Origin: Lingula anatina
Taxonomy: Eukaryota; Animalia; Brachiopoda
Direction: 5' to 3'
NCBI GenBank assembly: GCA_051362555.1
Contig: CM120641.1
Span: forward strand, 18,538,001-18,602,000
DNA length: 64,000 bases
This document shows positions 12,037 to 64,000 of the stretch, piece by piece. The notes below the pieces were generated by a model. The model ran no database searches, was not told where the DNA came from, and saw nothing but the letters and a program-made list of their open reading frames with translations. Position 1 is the first letter of the stretch. Every line of letters begins with the position of its first letter. The translations under genes and the position numbers were made by a program.

Positions 12037-13182
12037 ATGGCGTTGTCGTGTTATCAGGTGCTTCTGGCATTTGGGATGTTAGTGACTGGAAGCATCAACA
12101 CGATAAGCAAGAAAGCCCAAAATGATGTCGTGTAAGTACAATGTTCTGTAAAATATTTGGATTATATATACAAAATAAAATAGATGTTGGTGTTCAGTAA
12201 GTAGAGATATCTCTCGTAGTGATTGCTACAGCTAGTACATGGAAGTATTAACAAGCTACAGTACAGTGTACATATCAAAACCGTCAATAGGAGTGCTAAC
12301 GCATGAATTTTCGTGCCACATGCTACATTTTCGCCTGTTGTATTAATATTAGCAATAACATGATCTTGATTCTGACAAATTTTAAAAATTTACAATCATC
12401 ATGGCAGTAACATTTGTGAAAAAAATTAAATCAAAGTGAAAGCTCATTTGAAAACTTACAAAAAAATCTAATGGTCATGTGGGACCACTAAATTCACACG
12501 TGAAAAGTTTTACTAGTCTATACAAAATTTTACAGGGCCAAGTGTGTAGGACCAGTTGCTTACATTGCACAATGAATACCCAGTACATGTACTAATACCA
12601 GTATCAGCATGTTACTGCCAGTGCCAGTTAATGTGTAGAATGATTTAATCAGAATCGAATGTAAAAGCTAGGCAAATGAGGCACTTGTCTGGAATCTTGC
12701 ATTTTTTTGAAGGTTTGTGTATTGTCTTTTCTTGCTAAATGCAATTTTTTAGTCAGAAACTTATACCATTGATTTGCAATTGCAGGGTGGAGGGACTCCC
12801 TGTCAACGGAACGGCCACCCCACACAGCTTTGACCATCCATGGTTCCAGACTGTTATCATGTTTATAGGTACTTAGCACCATTATTATTGTCTCAGTGCC
12901 ATTTGGTGCTATCTGGAATAACAAGCATTTAACTAGCCATTACCTGCAAAGTAGGCTAGGATTTATTTTCTGGAAAATGTGGACCTTTTAACCCCCTTAG
13001 TTGACCCAAATTTAGAAACAACATAGGCACTAGATCAAATTTTGTTTCAGATTGGGCCATTTAAAACCAAAGGGTGGTACTTTCATTCCCCTGTCCATCA
13101 TGGCCTATGTATTTCAAGTGCACACATTCTTTTGGGTTTATGTTTGTTTTAATACTGTTCTCACAGGTTATTAATAAGGAGC

Positions 13183-13213
<31 letters not shown>

Positions 13214-16200
13214 GATCTCCAATCGTGACTATAACACTATAAATTTATTTCCATCCACATATGTCTTATCACATGATTCTATTATTTTTTCACTCAGGAG
13301 AGACAATCTGCCTGTTTGGTTTATGTTTTCAAAGAAAAAGAGAAAGGGATAAATACCTGAAAGAAGTAAGTAGTAATAAATCACAGATTTGCTTTCATTC
13401 ATGATTAGATTGGATTAGAATGGGAAGAATTAAAAGTAATTAATTTAATACGAGGATTTTTTTAAATGTATAATTTTTTTTCAGATTCAAATTATTTTTC
13501 TTTGCCAGGAAGAGTTTTTGGTGCATGGAATCAGAAAATATAGTGATGATTTACGGTGATTATGTATATTTATGAAACAAAGTAGAGATGTGGTTGATAT
13601 TTTATTTTCATTAAATCTGTTGATTTTGAAAAAATTAAAATAATTACTTTTTCTAGCAAGAGCAGAAGGTAATACAGGGAGACTTCAACACAGGATTACC
13701 TCTACAGCAACCAAGGTAGGTACTTAAATGATGCAGTTATTGAAAGTGATCTAAAAGTAGTTTTTCCCTTTTTTTCCCTTAATTTTTGCATGATAATATG
13801 ACTAAGATTTGAGCATTTACAAGTTCCATGTTTTTTTTCACTGAAAAAATTGCCATAAATGCAAAAAGGAAATAATGCTAATAGGAATAATATTGAATAT
13901 ATTGATAGTTTACATGATTTATTTTTTAAAGAAAATATATGATTGATGTAAGAAGTTTTTCAATAGTCAGTCGTGATGAGTGACATTGGTCGTTTATTTT
14001 TAGGATATTTATACACCAATTCTTGATGATGAATATTCCCTGTATATATATAAGTTTGCTTTTTCAGAATTTTTCAAATTATATTTGCCATTCCAACAGT
14101 TTGTGATTTAATTGGAACTAGCTTGGCAGGTGAGAAAAATGTGTTTCTAAGTCCTTCACTGTACAAAGTATAGATAACTTGTGCTTCTATTATATTGTGA
14201 GAAATTTTGCAAACAAATCACATCATCACCCAGTTGTCCTCTTGCAGAGAGCACTTCTGATATCTGCTGCATTTTTTTGATATTTTTGTTTTCAGGCATT
14301 GGTCTTCTCTATGTGGATGGTTCTGTGTGGCAGATGTTAAGAGGATCTATCATCATATTTGCAGGCATTTTATCAGTAAGTACTGGTAGCATGCATCCCT
14401 ATTGTAACTGGAACTCACATTCTTCCACAATTTATTTGATAGAATATTTTTGGCTGCAGCAGTGGTCACACCCAAAGATAGCTAGTATTTACTTTCAAAG
14501 TCGATGTTATAATTTTCTGAAGATGGAAATTGAACCTTATTGCATGTTGCGTTTGCTCAGTGTTTTGAACAGACATAAAATTTGAGGCTGAAATTGGTCA
14601 GGGAGGGACAGTACATTGTATCATGATCTTGATCAAAATCTAAAATTGTGGTATATATCCTGACAATAGTTTGCTAGCTTTACTTGTAGGACGTCAGATG
14701 TTTGAGTACATTGTGGGGATAATTTTGGCACAAGATAGTATTGGATATTTGCAGAAACTTACTTTACTTGTGAGTTGGAATATATAAAGCAGAAGCCCTG
14801 CAATCCTTTGTAATACCACACATAATGCATGCATACACAGACTCACACAAATGCATGTTTGTACACACATGCACAGATCAGTATAATGAGATTATTTAAG
14901 GCTGTAAAGTGATGCAGCATAATTAACTCCATTATATATTTTTAAGAAAATATTTCTGAAGAGAAAGCTTCGTTGTATCCATTGGAGTGGTATGATAGTG
15001 ACAGTGCTAGGGCTGGTTTTGGTGGGACTCTCCAGTGTCTTGAAGAATCAAAAGGAAGAAGATTCAAAGGCAATATTAGGTAACACATATTACCATTGCA
15101 TGGTTTCTAGTCTTGTATGGCAACAGTCTTGAGTTTGGGCTATCTTGGATGGTCACCATTAAAATTTTCATGTTCTTCTCAATTCAAATGATTATCTCAT
15201 TTCTGCAGTAATTTCTTTTTTATGTCACGTGTCTTGGTGTTCCGAGTATACATTTTTCATTTAAGAAACAATCTTTTGATTCCTGTTATTCCAGGTATAA
15301 TATTTATACTTGCTGGTCAAGTGGTCAGCGCCAGCCAAATGATCATAGAAGAACTTTTCCTAAAGAAAAGAAACTTTCAGCCATTACAAGTAGGTGTTTG
15401 ATCCATACATTTACATTTTGTTTTAAGTAATATGAAAAAGTAAGCTTTTTATGTTCTGATATATCTATTATTAATTATGTAAAGCTGATGTAATATTATT
15501 ATGTATTCTAGGTAGTTGGAATGGAAGGATCGTTTGGTGTATTTTTCATGGTTTGTGTAAGTATTTTTATTTATTTATTTTTATTTATATTTAAAGATTT
15601 ATTTCGAGAAAAATTAAAACACTCAACTACTTATTTCAGAAACACACCGTCACTCATACACAGACACACACCTCTTCCACTTATCTCATTAAATGTATCC
15701 AAAGACACCTAATTATATATTTATATAAAACTAAGAACACTTTCCTTGCAGAATTTTAAGCATGTAAGTATTTTTATTGTGTAATATAGAGATTTTTTCA
15801 TGAGAACTGCCATTACATTGAAATGCTTATGCACATGACTTCTGTGTGTGTTTTAGAGATGTTACCCTTTAATACAGAAATGTCTATATCTGTTAATGTA
15901 TATAGAAAACATAGTTACAAAGCCTTGGCAATTGCAATGTGTACATAGTCATTGATGCTCTTATTGTATAGCAGTAGCAGACAACCACTGTTTTTGAATT
16001 GTTCTTTTTGAAAATAAAAATGTTCAGAAAATTATAAATTGTTTTTTTTTCTAGGCTGTCCTACCAGCCATGTACTTTATCCCAGGTCCACAAGTAGGGA
16101 ACAGTTATGAAAACAGTATTGATGCCCTGTACCAGATCTATAATAGTCCTAGGCTCTTAATTTTTTGCCTGTTGTACCTTGCTTCAATTGCATTTTATAA

Positions 16201-17568
16201 TTACTTTGGATTAGCAGTCACAAAGTCTTTGACAGGCAAGTATTATTTTCTTGGCAAAATGTAAGTCTCATAACTTTCAATATGGACATAATTTTTGCTG
16301 ATGTGAACGCAACACAGATATATTTGTAAAAGATTTTTTTGTGATAATTTTTTTCATTTTATAAATGATAATAGTAGTTGGAGGGTACTCTCTTCATATT
16401 TGCTGAGCGATATCAAATTTGAAATTAGATTTTTTTACAAGTACTGTTTATTCATTTTCTGGTCTGATTTTGTGTTGTTAAATGTATGTATTCATTCAAT
16501 ATGAATAAGAAAAAAAAATTAAAAAAATAATTACCTGTAATATTTTTTCTCATTATTTATTTCAGCTGTCCACAGAACATTGATAGATGCCTTAAGGACC
16601 ATAATGGTATGGGTGGTAGATCTATTGATTTACTATCTTTTTGACAAGGTAAGATTTTTTGGATCATTATATCATTTTCTAGATTTTTAACAAATAAATT
16701 TTTACAAGAATGTGATGGATTCAGAAATATACCCAAAGATTTAAAATGGATGTGCGAAAAAAAATGGACTTGTGAAAAATTTCAGGTGATCAGTATTAAT
16801 AAAGAACCTAAGGGAATAATTGTACTCAGCATGAAAGAAAATGACATGGTGAATAAAAACTTTATTTCATTAGCAACAATTTTTTCATCACCATTTTATG
16901 TCACTCTTATAACTTAAAAAAATCTTTTCAGGACTTTGGAGAGGAATTTGACAAAACATATGGCCTGCTACAAGGTAGTGTAATATTACATGTTCTCTTT
17001 TGATACGTTTTGATGCATTTTGTATGTTATTTGAAACAAGACCAGGCCTGTATGCAGTTTATTGGGTTAGAAAGAACTGCTCTTCTTGGCTGAAAAAGGT
17101 CTGATCTAGGTTCTATGCCATTTTTTAACTAAGAATGTAAAAGTTTTTGAGAAAAAGGTCCTTGTTTGAAGTTGCTTTCTACAATGGCATAGGAGCTGTT
17201 TGATTTGATAAATGAATTATTGTGGTCATGAAGAAAGTTCACAAACTGTTTTCCTCCTGTTAAAAAATATTTTTTGCTCATATGAATATATTGTTAAATT
17301 ACATTGTTGCATAATTTTAAGTTTGAATACCTTTATTTTCAATTGCCATCCAAATCATTTACCATTTTATATTTTTACCCTTACAGTGGATGGCTTCTTA
17401 TTCCTGCTGATAGGGACAGCCCTTTACAATGAGTTGGTAGAAGTTCAGTGCATTCCCTGTCTAAGAAAACCAAGTCAAGAAATGGAGGAGATTACACCAA
17501 AAAATCCCAGGCACATTCAGGATGCTGCTAAAATTGATGAAACTTCTCCGTTGCTTGAAGAAACCTAG
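12037..17568 (+). CDS. SLC35F6: Solute carrier family 35 member F6-like transporter, complete, 13 coding exons
   Basis: Exons 12037-12131, 12786-12868, 13298-13365, 13657-13715, 14068-14129, 14296-14375, 14947-15079, 15295-15389, 15512-15556, 16055-16235, 16566-16648, 16932-16974 and 17387-17568. Motifs MLVTGSINTIS, FDHPWFQTVIMFIGE, PTVCDLIGT, QMLRGSIIIF, QMIIEE, VGMEG, AFYNYFGLAVTK and RTLIDALRT are characteristic of SLC35F6. Confidence 0.92.
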
Positions 17569-20367
17569 ACTGAATCTTATGTTATATTTCTTATAATTAT
17601 ATACCAGTATATATATATATATTTAGTATAAGGTCTAATATATTCCTGTAATATTTAGTAAATGTTGATATGTAGTATATTTATAGCATGGTTTTATTGC
17701 TGTACAATAAAGTGACCTGACACAGCCCTCCCTGTGGCCAACCCCCTGGGACCCAGATTCCAGATGAGGAATGTGTGTCAAAGTATATATGAGAAATCCG
17801 ATGGTTTAGAGTTGTCAAGTCGTGTTGTTAAAGTGCTACTTGTACCCAACTTCCCTGAATGGCACAGTGAAAGGCTGGTTGTACTTCAGTAAGGTCACAC
17901 AGCAATACAACATGCACATGTAACACTGTCCAGCTGCTGACATGGTAGCAGCTTATTATTTTCACATGTTATTACACAATTGTGTTCAAAGTGATTTTGT
18001 ACATAATGCAGAGATCTCAAAGTTTCTGTCTCTCATGTCATATTTATATCACTGCAATAATTGTGTAAAGAAAATTTTCCATCGAGTGTCTGAATTCACT
18101 GTGTTCATAGTTTAGAAAGATAGCTGCATTCATGTAAATGAAAGAACCTGAAACGTAATTATAAAGGGAAGTTTAGCGTAGTTAAGCAATATTTTATGGT
18201 GACCCCTATCTCCAGAGTGCCCACATGTGCATGCTCAATTCCCATATGAGGGTTATCCTCAATTGAGGTACATGCTCCTACTTGTATTGTGGTGCATCAC
18301 ATCACAGCCTCATTTTACCTGTGCAACAACCAATATTATGCGCCACCAGTTTTCTTTGTGAATCGGACTAAGAATGTTAGGTAATCTGAGATGGAGGAGA
18401 CATAAATAGTTGATTACATATACCAAAATTTTTAATGTATAGTATCCATATGCCCATGAAGTGTTCCTATGTACATCTGTTTTGTTTGTATATTTTTGTT
18501 TATATCTTTTGTAAATCTGTTGAACTACTTGATCAATAGGCGCTTTAATCAGATGTGTTCCTTTTTTATCTGAAATCCGTATTTTTATGATAAAGCTCAC
18601 CAATTCTGAAATGAATAAATCCGTAGCCAAGCTATCCATTATTTTATATTTATTAAAACCTGTTGAAAATTTTTGAAGGTAATTATTTAACTATTTGTAC
18701 TGTTGATTTAAGTAATATACTTTTCTGAGTAAAACATTATTCAAGGTCCCAAATTTTACATATTTTTTACCATTCAGTCAAACCTTGTAGAAAGAATGTT
18801 ATAGAATTGTACATAATGTACAAATTTAGTTTTCTTCATACTACAAAGTTGCCATAACAGTTAATGTTTGCCTTATTGCTTTATTTATTTATTATTTTTT
18901 TTTTTACAATCTAATGTACTGCATTGCTTAATAAACTCCTAGTAATTTAATAACGACATATCAAAACTTCTATAGGCATGGTAAATGTATTGTCTCAGGA
19001 AGGAAGGCAATATTTCTTGCACAGTCATTTATTGCATATAGTTGTGCAGTAATAGGTTGTTAAGGATGAAAAATCAGCAGCAGTTCAGTGTGGCAGACAA
19101 AACCATATTTAAATAAAAGTTGTTATCATAATTAGTAAAACTATCACCTCTACTATATGCTGTTATAAGATTAGTTAACAGCATTTACTTTTAAAGTGTT
19201 AATTCAAATGATTAAATCAATGAATTCATATTTGCATAACACGAATGAAATATGTAATTTTGAAATATTAAACACATTTACTTAAGTGTAACTCTGATTC
19301 TTTGCAAGAGTTGTTCACATATCAGTCAACAAATCACCAATAAATCTATACTTTTTCACTTTAATCCAAAATGTAATATTCCATTTTACTCTTGAATGGT
19401 GTAATTACCAAAATAAAAAAGATGATTTATTTCACAACCATGATTACATTTCAATTTGATCAAATTAATGTCCATTTATCTTCACAAAGCACACAAAAGC
19501 AGCTTATATGTATCTAAATATATTATATAATATATAGTAAACAATGTATATACACAACCAAGTTCTGCAATTGGCAATAAAAATACAATTGGCTTGCTGT
19601 TACCCTGTAAATATAGAATATGCATTTACAAAAAAATATTACACAATAAACTTAAAAGGCATCAGATAAAATGAAAATTATGTACTTCAAGTTCAAAAAG
19701 TAACATAACAATACATGCATAATAAACATTTTTATTAAAATGACAAACCATGAAGTATTCTAGAAAAGAGGACGGATTCTAAAATGGTGCAAGCTACATA
19801 CACTAGCTTGAGTGCTGCATTTCAACTATTTCTTTATCTATCATCCCATTTTGCAGCATGGAGTATAATGATAATTGCAAAAATTGATCCCTCATCATAT
19901 GTTGAGCAAATGAATTCATAAATATGAGTATAGGTCAGTTAAAATTCTGCACAAACTAAATTAGTAAGACATCACATACATGTTAAAAGCATGTAACTAG
20001 AATATACATAAACTAGTTCTGAAACTACACAGAAAAATCTGTGGAGGAGATCTTTTTATAACACTAAAATAACATGGGAAAATATGCTTCATATATCATA
20101 GAGCTGGGGAATTATTTTCATTTGTTTTTATTCATTTCAAAATACTAAACTCTTCATTGTACAATCCTTGATTGAGAAAGAAAAATGTAGTTATCAAAGG
20201 ACCTCAATGTGCATAGAAAAGATTGGAATGCTCACATTTTGATTTTGATTAAATTTGCACTCTAAAAATAGATAAGTCTCAGTCAAGTATAATATATTTC
20301 AAAATGCACAGTTCTTTAAAATAAATGAACTACATTATGTACCACTGAAATATATTCCTTAGTTCTT

Positions 20368-63889
<43,522 letters not shown>

Positions 63890-64000
63890 CTTGAGTAAAA
63901 AAAAATAACAATAAAATTTGTTTCTGAATAGACTCATTTAAAAAATTCACTGAATGTTAGGAAAATACTAATAAGAAAAGTTTATATGTATGAAATATGC

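Overview
This is AT-rich, intron-rich animal genomic DNA. It is probably from a lophotrochozoan or mollusc, inferred from the repeat families and the mosaic CpG depletion. Hand-splicing gives four protein-coding genes. (1) A complete GRASP55/65 (GORASP) gene on the minus strand (864-3619, 6 coding exons). (2) An intact, CpG-rich, 9-exon orphan F-box gene on the plus strand (6845-11028, about 517 aa, C-terminal region unrecognised). (3) A complete SLC35F6-like transporter gene on the plus strand (12037-17568, 13 coding exons, one GC-AG intron). (4) The 3' part of a beta-heavy spectrin (SPTBN5/karst) gene on the minus strand (20368 to beyond 63889, about 54 exons), with an unusually long (about 920 aa) disordered tail after the PH domain. 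The spectrin introns hold several transposon-derived insertions: an IS3EU-like element with a 6-bp TSD and nested inserts, a decayed Sola3-like element, Helentron-associated (HINE-like) repeats, a TTAA MITE, a 5-bp-TSD MITE also present in the F-box gene, and a hairpin containing a degenerate hammerhead-ribozyme core. All family assignments come from remembered motifs, not database searches.
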